Assembly: GCA_964016885.1 (NCBI GenBank)
Contig: OZ024743.1
Location: forward strand, 242,792,001 to 242,856,000
Direction of reading: 5' to 3'
DNA: 64,000 nt
Origin: Eledone cirrhosa
Lineage: Eukaryota
The first letter of the stretch is position 1, and every line of letters begins with the position of its first letter. Below, one piece after another: positions 52,411-64,000 of the stretch. Below the pieces are notes generated by a model. The model saw only the letters and a program-made list of their open reading frames with translations. It did not search any database and was not told where the DNA came from. The position numbers and the translations under genes were made by a program.

Positions 52411-54235
52411 TGATAAGATTTTATTATTTGAGAATCAAAAGACACAATTCTATTAAATTCAGTTCACACTGAGCGTAACTATTGATACATATAATCTTCT
52501 CTAATCATAATAGATTAGCAGTCATCCAAAACCAATATCCTGCAATTATCCCCCCTTAGTTCCACATTTCAACCACTATATGGACTTATACATATTGATT
52601 CTTTACAAAATGTACAGTCTGTTGTAAATAAAACTTGACTTATTATTATTGACTTTTCACCCTTGTCAGAGTATAGAGGATCAGTTTCCCTCAGTTATGC
52701 ACCCATGGTGACTTATCAGTCCAATTCTTGCATTAAACAGTTTCGACATTGGATATGAGGAGGGGGCAGTGGCTGCAGGGCTTTGTTCAGTCTGTCCTGT
52801 TTCTTCGTTTCAACTCAAAGTATGCTGTGCCCATTTTCACCTTCTTCCTCCAAAGCTCCCTGTCCTGTGCATCAGACTCCCAGTTGCTGTGATTCAAGTC
52901 ACAGCTTTTGAGAGTTCACTTAAGTTGGTCTTTGTAGTGCCTCTCTGGTACACCAAGATGGTGTTTTCATTCAGTCAGTTCACTGTAGAAAATGTTCTTG
53001 GGTAGCCTGCAATCATTGATGTGTGTGTCATGTACCACCCATTGCAAGCATTGTACCATTATGTTGCTTTTGATGCTTTGACTGACAGCTCTATCATTAC
53101 TTATATATGCAGCAAAAATCAAAAGCATTTGGCAGTTAGCGAAACAGTGCATATACCTTAAATGACATACTATTTCACCATGAACCTACTTCAAATTCTT
53201 TTAATAGAACTAATACCAACAACAGTAAATCCAGTATTTTTACTTTTTCTAATTCAAATTCATTCATAATTTGTTTTCATATATAATATAAGGGTGCTGC
53301 CCCAGCATGGCCTCATTCGGATGGCTGGAATAGGTAAAAGAGTATATATATGAGCAGATGGGCAGTATGCTGTCCACCAGTATAAGCACTATGACACTAA
53401 AGGTAAATGTGATAAGAGACCAGAAGCTACAGTGTTTGGTGATTACTGGAGACAATATAGGGTCTGAAAGAACCCTTCAGTCTAGACAATTATGTGACAA
53501 CTTTTCTAGTACTGGTGCTATGATAAAATGTACCCAATCCACCCTGTAAAGTAGTAGTGTTGATGCAATGATAAAACTTACTCAGTTCACACTGTAAAGT
53601 GATAGTGCTGGTGCCACAAATAAACGCACTTGTTGGTGTTAGGAAGGACATCCGGTCATAGAAACCATACCAAATATGGAACACGAGCAAAATGAGGTGG
53701 TTCGAACCCATCTAGTCTCAGATTGTGAAAACCTATCTAACCCATGCCAGTGTAGAAAGCAAATCTAGAAATACGCCAATTACGCCTACGCAGCCACCAA
53801 TAATATAATAGACTCTAAAGATTTGTTATAGCAACTAACATTTGCTTGGTTCTGTGTTTGTTTTTTTAGGAGGGTTAGCAAATTATTGTATAATATTTGT
53901 ATATTTAAGCTAGATTTATTGTTTTTGATATAAAAGCTATACAAATGTATTTTGTCTCGAAAGATAAGCTGTTGCCTCTGCTTCAACAATTATCATTCAA
54001 TTAGTAACAAACCTGAAATCCTGATTGATTATTGATTTCATTTCCTAACAGATTGGTTGATTAATCCTACCAACAAAGACATAAAGTAGTATAATATATG
54101 TATAATTACAGCTAATCTATTAAAATTAAATTATCAATTAAAACAAATTTTGTCAATAACTTTTTTTTAAACTGCAGAAATTTCACCTTGTATTAGTTAT
54201 TCTCAGGGCAATTCAACATGACACAGTGTGGACCT

Positions 54236-54448
54236 TTAACCATTTAACATTTACATTACTCTATATTTACTATTGTATTTTCATGGAAAATACTTTATCT
54301 CACATAATTATTTCACATAATATCAAATCTATGAGATTTTGATATTATTTATTTTGAGAACCTTAACATAAGTATGAGCAGCCAGTTACAGCCAGTTTGA
54401 ACAGAAAGAGGTGAGAGGATATGGCCAGTTTAAATGTTAAAGGGTTAA
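54236..54448. mobile_element. TTAA-type MITE inserted in a CORE-type SINE
   Basis: TTAACCATTTAACATTTA ... TAAATGTTAAAGGGTTAA. Confidence 0.78.
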
Positions 54449-54854
54449 ATCACAGGTAAATCTAATTTTTTCCAGTTGAGTGGATGGGAGCAACATGAAA
54501 TAAAGTGTCCTGCTCAAGAACATGATGTGCTCCAGGAAATTGAACTTACGATCTCATGATCGTGAGCTGAGTACACTAACAATCAGACACACACACACAC
54601 ACTAATTTTAATTATGAGCCTAATTTCTGAGAGTTTTCTAAGAATCAATGCTCATAAACAATTTTATGATGTCAAGCCATTTATTATCGCATTTTTAATA
54701 AAATAAGCTGTATTTGAATTAATTAATGAAGAATTTGAGGGGATTTACTAAAAATTATTAATTATTTCATTACTAAGATATTTGTAACATGACTGAACAT
54801 AAAATTCTGTATCAAAATATGTTGGAAGATTTTAATTTAAATAAGAACTTTTTA

Positions 54855-55570
54855 ACCCAAGTGCTGCATGGCAGGAATGAAAATCAGTGATGTGAAGACT
54901 GAGACACTCATCCTCTCAAGAAAACCTATGCAGTGCACTCTACATGTGAGTAGAGTTACACTGAAGCAGGTAGAAAAGTTCAAGTATCTTGGAGCCATTT
55001 TTTTGAGTGATGAAAAGATGGAGGTTGAATTAAATGCAAGAATTGTTGGAGCTGGAGCAACAATGCACTAGTTTCAGCATTCGGTAATCAGAAGGAAGGT
55101 AGCTGTAAAAGTCAAAATTGCTATTTCCAGTTTGGTGTTTGTGCCTACCCTCACATATGATCATGAATCTTGGATAATGTCTGAAAGAATATGATTGTGA
55201 ATACAAGTGGCTCAAATGGGGTTCTTCCGAAGAATCTTTAGAGTAAGGTTACTTCATAGGGTGTGTAGCTTAGAGATCAAGAAGTCGCTCTAGATAGAAC
55301 TGTTATTTCTTTGCATCAACAGATCACAGCTCCAGTACTACAGACATGCAGTTAAAATGTCTAAGAAAAGAATTACTGAGCATATTTTTATGGCAACCTA
55401 GAGGAAGACCACAAGCAAGATAGTTGGATAACATCCATAAGCTCACTTGAGGATCCAGCTGGATCATTTGGAGACAGTTGCTTCTGACAGGACCTTCTGG
55501 AAGGCATATCTGGGCACTGCCCCCATGACCCTCTCAGGATTATGAGTGACAAAGAAGAGAAGAAAGAAGA
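54855..55570 (+). mobile_element. Decayed RTE (Expander/Rex3-like) 3' fragment with no PHD insert
   Basis: AGMKIS..KTE...LKQVEKFKYLG..ARI motifs and a GAA-rich tail. Confidence 0.7.
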
Positions 55571-56224
55571 ACCTTTTAGAAACTGCCTGAAACTGTTCTT
55601 AGTTTCATGATATAAAGCTGTTTGTTCATATTTATCTAAAAAATGTCCATCATAATTTTATGTAAAAACTTTTGTTAAGCTATGTTCCACACAATTTAGT
55701 TATATTACTAAATCCCTCCAAAATCTTCAAATAAAAGGGTTAAAATGGGTGGATTGGGTTCATAAAAGCAGAGGCAGTTTTAAGTGGTCTATTTTTGCAT
55801 AGCTAGTCAATTCTATATATGGCTCTATGTATTCTTTTCTTGCAAGCATATAACTAATAAGACTTTGTGTAATTGTTCTCCAGTGTTTGTCTCCTTTTTT
55901 TAATCTTGAACTATATATAATTATATATAATTATAGATATAGTACAAAATATTGTATTCTGTATGGCTCTATGTCTCTATATATGGTTTCATTTAATATT
56001 CTATACATTATTCTCTATGTAGGTATATATTATTCTACACAAGAATCAGTGAATTCACATGGCTTAACGGTTAGGCTGTTGGGCTAACCATTGTAAAGCC
56101 ATGAGTTTGATTTCCAGGCCTTTGCTCCCATCCATTTTGCGGAAAAAATAAATTGCCTACACTGGTGCCATGTCGTATCAGCCTCTGACTTTCCCTTGCA
56201 CATCATATATAGTGTGTGTGTGTA

Positions 56225-56492
56225 TCATCAGCATCATCATCATCATCATTTAACGTCCCTCTTCCACGCTAGCACGGGTTAGACGGGAGTTGTCCCAATT
56301 TGAGGCAAGGTTGGTCGGATGACCGTGTCTCGCTCATATAGGACTATCTGGCAGGTTTTCTACGGCCGGATGCCCTTCCTAACACCAACCACATTTACAG
56401 TGTGGAACTGGGAACTTTTTACCATGTTACCTAAACGGCCACATTACAGCGTGGACTGTGTGTTTTTTTGTCATGACACCTACACGATCTCG
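56225..56492 (-). mobile_element. Diverged RTE 3' UTR copy
   Basis: Homologous to 36525-36790. Confidence 0.85.
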
Positions 56493-56527
56493 ATCTATAT
56501 ATATATATATATATATATAGATAGATA

Positions 56528-59500
56528 TGTTTCTTTATTAGCCACAGGGGCACAAAAGAAGGGGACAAATACAAAGGGGAAGTTTACATACAATAAAAAC
56601 GTGTAAAATACTATCACAAATGCAAATTAAAATTAATCGATTTTCCCCAATAGGGGGAGACATTGCATATGGGTAACACATACCCCCGAAAACCTCATCT
56701 CTAGGAGTACGAAGAGTGAGTACCCCTTCCTCTCTTCCTCTTTTTCCTCAACCTACAGGCTGATATAGAGAGAAGGCCCATTCACTCGGGCCATTCTCGC
56801 CACTTTCACCCACCTTTCATAAAACTTGCTGGGGTACAGCACAGAACCTCTCTCTCCATCCTGATTCTTCTTCCAAAGTGGTATTTGAAAAAAAGAATCA
56901 GTTGTTGGCCGGAGAGAAAGGTGTCTGACCTCAGCCCTTTTAACCTCGTCCACCATACAGCCTCTTTCGCCATAGCTATCACACAAAGGAAAACCGCCTC
57001 TCCTTCGTTTTTGAAGGAGGGTGGCGGTTTGATCATAACAATGGACTCGGTGGTTAACCGGATTGGTACCACCCGCGACAATAGTTGTTCTACATAGCCC
57101 CACAGATTGGTAATGCCCGGGCAGTGTACAAATGTGTGCACGACGGTTTCTTCGTCTCACACGCATCTCAGACAGATTTTTTTCGAAGAGTCCCTGCCCG
57201 GGCGCCGATGTCTGTAGAGCTTGTCTCGAACTGGTAGAGCTCCTCGGTAGCACTGCCAGGCCAGGAACTTTTGGAAGTTGTCCATCGGACCCGGGCAGAA
57301 GGTCCTACCGAACAGACTGGCCAGTTCGTCTTCCTTTACGCCTAGAGTTTCTCCGAGCGCGTCGTCGCACTTGCTGCGGATCAACCCTCTATAGAATGAC
57401 GAAGTGGAGTCTCCACTGATTGCCGGGTCCGCCTGCCAGAGGGCTGTGAGCGCCTGAGCACATTCGATGTGCCAGTCACCCATTTGCCTCGGTCTTTGCT
57501 TGACCCAGGACTGCAGCTCGGTCAGCGAGACGAGTCGTGGGAAGGCTCGCCTCACGAACGGAGCCCACACCGGTTGTCCGGTGAGGAATACGTGGAGGTG
57601 CCGCAGCCTGAGCGCGTTTGCGCATCGTCAGCCACGGCATCCCCAGCCCTCTGTTTGAAGGGTGTTGGCAGCAGATGGATCTTCCCACTAAAGGAGCCCG
57701 TTTCTTCCAAAGGAATTGGAAGAGAGCGCACTCCATTTTGGTGAGAGTTTTGGCTGGACAAGGCACGATGATCAAGCGGTAGTAGATGACGGATGCTATA
57801 AAAGTGTTCGCCACCTCCGCTTGACCTTTCAAGGATAGTTTGCACTCAGCCCACTTCTGGGTGAGCGAAAACACCTTGGCCGTCACCTGGTTCCAGTTCT
57901 TCTCCACCTGGAGGTCCGGACCAAACCAGACCCTGAGCAGCTTTACCGGTCCTTCCGCCCAGCGTTCGCCGCCGCCATCGGAAGGCATCGGTTTGCCTCT
58001 CCACGATCCGAGTTGCAAACCGATGGACTTGTCCCGGTTCAGCTTCGCTCCTGTGAAACTTTCGTATTCCTTCAGGAAGGTGCCGACTTCCTCGATTTGC
58101 GAGGTGCTCGACACCATTACTGTCACGTTGTCAGCGTAGACTGATGCAGCTTTCCGCAGTCCCGGTTCTAGAGGGATGCCCTGCAATAGCTCCAACTTCC
58201 GCAGTATTGGCTCGAGAGTTAGTACGTACAGAAGGGGGGAGAGAGGGCATCCCTGTCGGATGGATCGCGTGATATGGAACGGCTCCGAGAGGTAGCTGTT
58301 CACCTTGACCCTTGAGCAGATGTTGCTGTTGTGCATTGCAGCAATCCAGCCCATGAACACGGATCCGAAGCCTGCCACCTCGAGCACCGCATCCAGGTAA
58401 CGATGGTCAACCCTATCGAAAGCCTTAGACTGATCCAAGTTGATCAGGGCTCCACCGAAGCTGGGTTTACACCCTACCCTCTCTCTCTATAATGTATCGC
58501 ATGAGGTGGAGGTTGTCGTGTATGGACCTGTTCGGGATTGCGCATGTTTGCGCTTCTCCCACCAGGTTTTCGACGACAAGCACCAGCCTCTTTGCCAACA
58601 CCTTGGCCAAAATCTGTAACTCTGTGTTTAGCAGAGTTATGGGCCGGAAGTTGCCTATGTCATCCCCCTTATTCTCGTTCTTCCTGACTAGTGTGACTAC
58701 GCCCCTGGTCACAGAACTGGGAATTCTCCTGTTACGCTGCCAGTTGCAGTAGAACAAGTCCGGCATTGCTACGTAAAATTCATAGGGTAGACCGTCGAGA
58801 CCTGGAGTTTTGCATTTGCTGCATTAGCTCAGCGCGTCCCCTATCTCAGCAGCTGAAATCGGCTTTTCGCAGAACTTCGCCTCACTGTCCAAGAGTCGCG
58901 GTAGACCGTCGAGGTATGGACTGAAATCCATAGCCCCCTCCCGGTGCGCCGCCCTGCCCGAACAGCTGAGCAAAGTGCCGCTGAAAGGCCGCACACATCT
59001 GCTTCGGCTCACGTATCACGCGTCCGTCTTGGTCTTTCAAAGACCGAATCGTGGACTTGTTGCCACTTTTCGCTTCTGTCACCCGGGCCCATCTAACGGC
59101 TTTGGCTCCCTCGTTACCCAGAGCATGTATTTTGCTTCTGACAACGCAGCCCTCGTGCTTTGCGTCGAGAACTGGTCCAAGGCCGTTCTCGTTGCTAGCA
59201 CGCTGGCTATGTTGCCACTTCTAATTTATCTACCAGTTACTTCTCGGTCCTATTTCTATCTAACGTTAATTCTTTACTAAAAACTAACGAGTCTAATCTA
59301 TTGAGAGAGTACCACCATCTGTTGTTGACAATGGCCCCTGTCAAATGCTGTTTAACTAAAGTGCTAATCCGTCTACTGTAGGCTTTGCATGTCGGTAACG
59401 ACAAGTTCAGCTTCCAGTAGCCGGATCCTTGTCTATGGGTTCTATCAAGTTTGACCATGCAGGTCACTAGTTTGTGATCTGAATAGCCAACCATGAACAT

Positions 59501-59820
59501 TTGTGGACAGCTTAATATGTCCCTATCCTTATTTCTAACTAGAACTCTATCTAGGTATGATCTAGATGTTCCGCTGTGATTAGTCCACGTCCACAGTGGC
59601 ACAGTCGGAAAATCTAGTCGATATCTATCGGCCAGGTCAAATCGGCCGATTAACTGTTTGAGGCTGTTACACCACCCACATAGTCCCAACGTGCATCTAG
59701 GATTCCATTCCAGTCCCCCACTAAAAGCAAGGAGCGGGACGTTCCCAGAAAAGTCTCTAGACATTTGAAGAAGTCTGGCCGCGATGTCCCAGATGGGGCA
59801 TATGCGGCCACCAGCCTGAT
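56528..59820 (-). mobile_element. Tx1-type (L1 group) LINE ORF2, 5'-truncated and frameshifted
   Basis: APE (GDWN, SYLDR, SDH, GYWKLN), RT (NFRPITLLN, DQSKAFDRV, RQGCPLSP, YADN), GLG motif, C-terminal CxxC..H...HC finger; AATAAA-type 3' end. Confidence 0.9.
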
Positions 59821-59948
59821 AGATAGACACATAGATATATTAAATATATAAATATACACATATATATATATACATAGTGTATATAAAATGTAAATAGTGT
59901 GTATGTATCATATCATACTTAGTATATATACAGTGTATATATAATGTA

Positions 59949-60565
59949 CTAGTAAAGTAGCCCGTTATTGCTGGGTAATTTTCGCCATAAAATACCTTTC
60001 TTTCAATTTTTTGTTTATTCCTTGTCAGATCATGTCTCCTCCATGCCTCATCTCCCATTACTTATTCACCATGGCCCGTTCCCATGAATCGTCAATTGTG
60101 CTCAAGGTGATTTCAATGGAAAGTGGACTGGAACAATGTGAAATAAAGTATCTTGCTCAAGGGTACAATGCGCAGCCAGGAATCGAACTCACAACTTTAC
60201 GATCGTGAGTCGAATACCTTAACCACTAAACCATGCTGTAACGAAAATCATAAACACATTTGCAATAAAAAAAATTGAAAAGAGTGTTTTGATGGATGAT
60301 AAAAAAGCAATTCACTAATCTGATTGGTTATCTGTCACCATTTCACTCTGAATATTTTTGTTGATAGAAATAACTTAAGCTTATGTTTATGTTTTTGTTT
60401 TTGTTTTATTCTTTTTGGGTTTAAAAAACTCCATGTGCCCAAAAACCTTCTCCTTGGAACACAGATTTCAGAGATCAAATCCATTTTTCTCTAGGGCTCA
60501 TCATTTTGGAGCTTTTCGGCAACATACACACATACATACTCTCTCAAATATATAATATATATAGT
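59949..60565 (-). mobile_element. Probable non-autonomous Helitron with a nested CORE-SINE fragment
   Basis: Minus-strand 3' end CTAG|T preceded by hairpin CCCAGCAATAACGGG. The far end has ACAY repeats as in 18584-19389; 5' TC unclear. Confidence 0.55.
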
Positions 60566-61869
60566 ATGTATATATGAGTTATGTCAACACTGGTGTCAAG
60601 CTGTATCAGCCTTTGCCTTCTCCTTGGATAACATCATATATAGTATATCATCATCACCGTTTTACGTCCATTCTTCAACGCTAGCATGGGTTAGATGGGT
60701 TGTCCTGTCTTGCTCATACAGAACTGATTCTGGCTTGATTTCTACAGCTGGATGCCCTTCCTAACACTAACCCCATTTACAGTGAGTACTGAGTGCTGTT
60801 TTACCGTGGCACCTATATATATATATATACAGTGTATATACAATGTACATAGTGCATGTATGAGTTGTGACAATACTAGTACCAAGTCATATTGGTCTTT
60901 GTCTTCACCTTAGATAACATCAGCAGAGTGGTGAGGGATGACAGGCACGTGTGGGCAATTGCCAGTCTTCCACAAAACACTATGCCCAGCCCTGTGCTTT
61001 GGAGAGGAACTTTCGAGGTAGAAATGTATGGTAAATGATGACTGAAGCCTAGTTATACAAGAATCTCTATAATAACCTACATATGTATTTATATTATGTT
61101 ACTGTATATATGGTTACATATAAGAATCTATATATGGTTCAACATATATAGGTTTATATTTATATTATTCTATATGAATTTGGATCCAATTTCGAACACT
61201 TTAAATTCCTAATGAAAGCTAAGTCGATCTATGGAATGACATAATTAAATAATTAAATATACTTATTTACATGTAGTCAAAGATTTTAAATTAAGCTAAA
61301 ACAAATTCTAGTGACTACATTTCAAAATAGTGTGAAGTTCTATGCAAATTAAGAATAAGTAATTAATAATTAAGTATTTGAAATATTAATTATATTGAGT
61401 TTTTTTCCTTCTTTTTTCAAATTATTATTCTAGAGATGGAATTACAGAAATATATAAATTCTAATAAAATCCCATTGTTATAAAATAGTGTGCAGAATTA
61501 AAAATATAATTTATGTGTGTGTGCATGTGTGTGCCTCTGTGTGTATGTGTAAGTCACACACACACACACACACACACATACATATACATATATATGTATA
61601 TATATATATGTATGTGTGTAATAATTGGGGAGAACTATTAACTATACTAATAAACATATAAACATATACACACACACTCACATATATATATATATATATA
61701 TAATCACAAAATCTAAAGCTACATATCTACATAATGTGTATACAGAAACAGCACACAGTCTCCAATACATTGCCATAAAATACATATATATATACACACA
61801 ATATACATAATTTAAGTAAAAATGGCAAAATATAATTCAAGACACATATATATATGGATATACTAATAG

Positions 61870-62470
61870 ACACGCACACACATAAATAAAGATATATTGT
61901 CCACAAACACACACACATACATACAGATATATTAATACACACATATACAGATATATTAATACACACATATACAGATATATTAACACACAAACACAGACAC
62001 ACATACAGATATATACAGATTTATTAACACACAGATACACTCACACATACACATATACAGATTTATTAACACACAGATACACACACAAACACTCATATAG
62101 ATATGTTAACATACACATACATATATAGATCTATTAACAGACACACACACATATATACACATACATATAGATATATTATCACACACATACAGATTTATTA
62201 ACAGATATACACACCCATACACTCATATAGATATATTAACACACAGATATACACACACATACACTCATGTAGTTATTTTAACACACAGATATAGACATAT
62301 ATACATATAGACATATTAATACACATATATACACACATATATATATATAGAGAGAGAGGGAGATTAACACACAGATATACATAAATATTAACACACAGAT
62401 ACACATAAATATTAACAGATATACACACACACATATAGATATTAACAGATACACACACACACACACAAAT
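61870..62470. repeat. Degenerate (CA)/(GATATATTAAC) tandem repeat
   Basis: Directly visible. Confidence 0.85.
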
Positions 62471-62782
62471 CTGACAATAATCCACATCTATTCAATTTAA
62501 ATATTACCATCAGTAATATATTTTTATGTATTTTACTTTGATACATATATATATATATATATATATATTGCTATCCCCACCTCCACCAACACAGTACCAC
62601 CAATACCACCAGCACCACCACCACTGCAGCCAAATACACACACTACATCTACATACACACCCATATCTATACACACACTTTTCCAAGCTCTAATCAAAAC
62701 CATCGGAAGTTGCAGAGATCCAATAAAAGATAAATTATATTTCTGTAAATTCTTCTTCCTTTCTTTTATTTCTTTTATTCCT

Positions 62783-62802
62783 CTACAACAACAACAACAA
62801 CA

Positions 62803-62874
<72 letters not shown>

Positions 62875-62886
62875 ACAACAACAACA

Positions 62887-62921
<35 letters not shown>

Positions 62922-63005
62922 CAGCTACTATCACCACCACCATCACTACTACCACCACCCACCACTATTGCCACCACCATATTCAATAATAATAATAATA
63001 ATAAA
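62783..63005. repeat. Compound (CAA)(CTA)(CTG)(CCA)(TAA) microsatellite
   Basis: Directly visible. Confidence 0.93.
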
Positions 63006-63226
63006 TTGACAGCAGCAACATTAATAATGGTAGCAATAATAAAAGTGGTGGTGGTGGTGATATCATTATCTTAATATTGATTTTTGTTCAAAGTTGTTGG
63101 TTCGACTGATTGTAAAACCAGTGAAACCAACAAACCAACGAATCAGTGGCATGTGCCTCTGACTCAACACCACTGTCATCAAGAATAGATCTGTGCCACA
63201 TTTTTACAGAGATTGTGCCAGTAGTA

Positions 63227-63411
63227 ATAATTGCTTCTACTTTTGGCACAAGGCCAGCAATTACCCAGTACATTACTGGTACTTTATTTTATTGACCCCG
63301 TAAGGATGAAAGGCAAAGTTAACCTCGGCGGGATTTGAACTCAGTCCGTAAAGGGACGTAACTATGCTGCAAAGCATGGCGTCTGACCCTCTACCGATAC
63401 TGCCAATCCAC
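63227..63411 (-). mobile_element. Meta-like tRNA SINE
   Basis: Complete reverse-oriented copy. Confidence 0.82.
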
Positions 63412-63446
63412 TGCCAGTAGTAATAATGATTTATAATTTAGGCACC

Positions 63447-64000
63447 AGATCAGTAATTTGTGGGGAAAGGTGAAGTCACAAGATCAGTAATTTGTGGGGA
63501 AGGGTGAAGTCACAAGATCAGTAATTTGTGGGGAAGGGTGAAGTCACAAGATCAGTAATTTGTGGGGAAGGGTGAAGTCACAAGATCAGTAATTTGTGGG
63601 GAAGGGTGAAGTCACAAGATCAGTAATTTGTGGGGAAGGGTGAAGTCACAAGATCAGTAATTTGTGGGGAAAGGTGAAGTCACAAGATCAGTAATTTGTG
63701 GGGAAGGGCAAAGTCACAAGATCAGTAATTTGTGGGGAAGGGTGAAGTCACAAGATCAGTAATTTGTGGGGGAAAGGTGAAGTCACAAGATCAGTAATTT
63801 GTGGGGAAGGGCAAAGTCACAAGATCAGTAATTTGTGGGGAAGGGTGAAGTCACAAGATCAGTAATTTGTGGGGAAAGGTGAAGTCACAAGATCAGTAAT
63901 TTGTGGGGAAGGGCAAAGTCACAAGATCAGTAATTTGTGGGGAAGGGTGAAGTCACAAGATCAGTAATTTGTGGGGAAAGGTGAAGTCACAAGATCAGTA
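63447..64000. repeat. 34-bp minisatellite (AGATCAGTAATTTGTGGGGAAGGGTGAAGTCACA), runs off the window
   Basis: Period 34. Confidence 0.96.

Overview
AT-rich, repeat-dense animal genomic DNA, not prokaryotic. The SINE/LINE repertoire and microsatellite load suggest an octopus or other coleoid cephalopod (inference). One host gene can be supported: an HMBOX1/HNF1-class homeobox gene on the minus strand, with two coding exons (29067-28295 and 3686-3601) that splice in frame across a ~24.6 kb intron. The rest is intronic or flanking sequence. It contains several copies of a young RTE LINE with a PHD finger inside the RT region, a near full-length degenerate CR1-type LINE, a Tx1-type LINE, and Penelope-like remnants with minimal hammerhead ribozymes (one duplicated in a perfect 401-bp palindrome). 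It also holds Helitrons, TTAA- and hAT-type MITEs, many tRNA-derived SINEs, and minisatellites, several visibly amplified from pieces of those elements. Most ORFs in the supplied track are artefacts of simple repeats. All calls were made by eye and TE boundaries are approximate unless stated.
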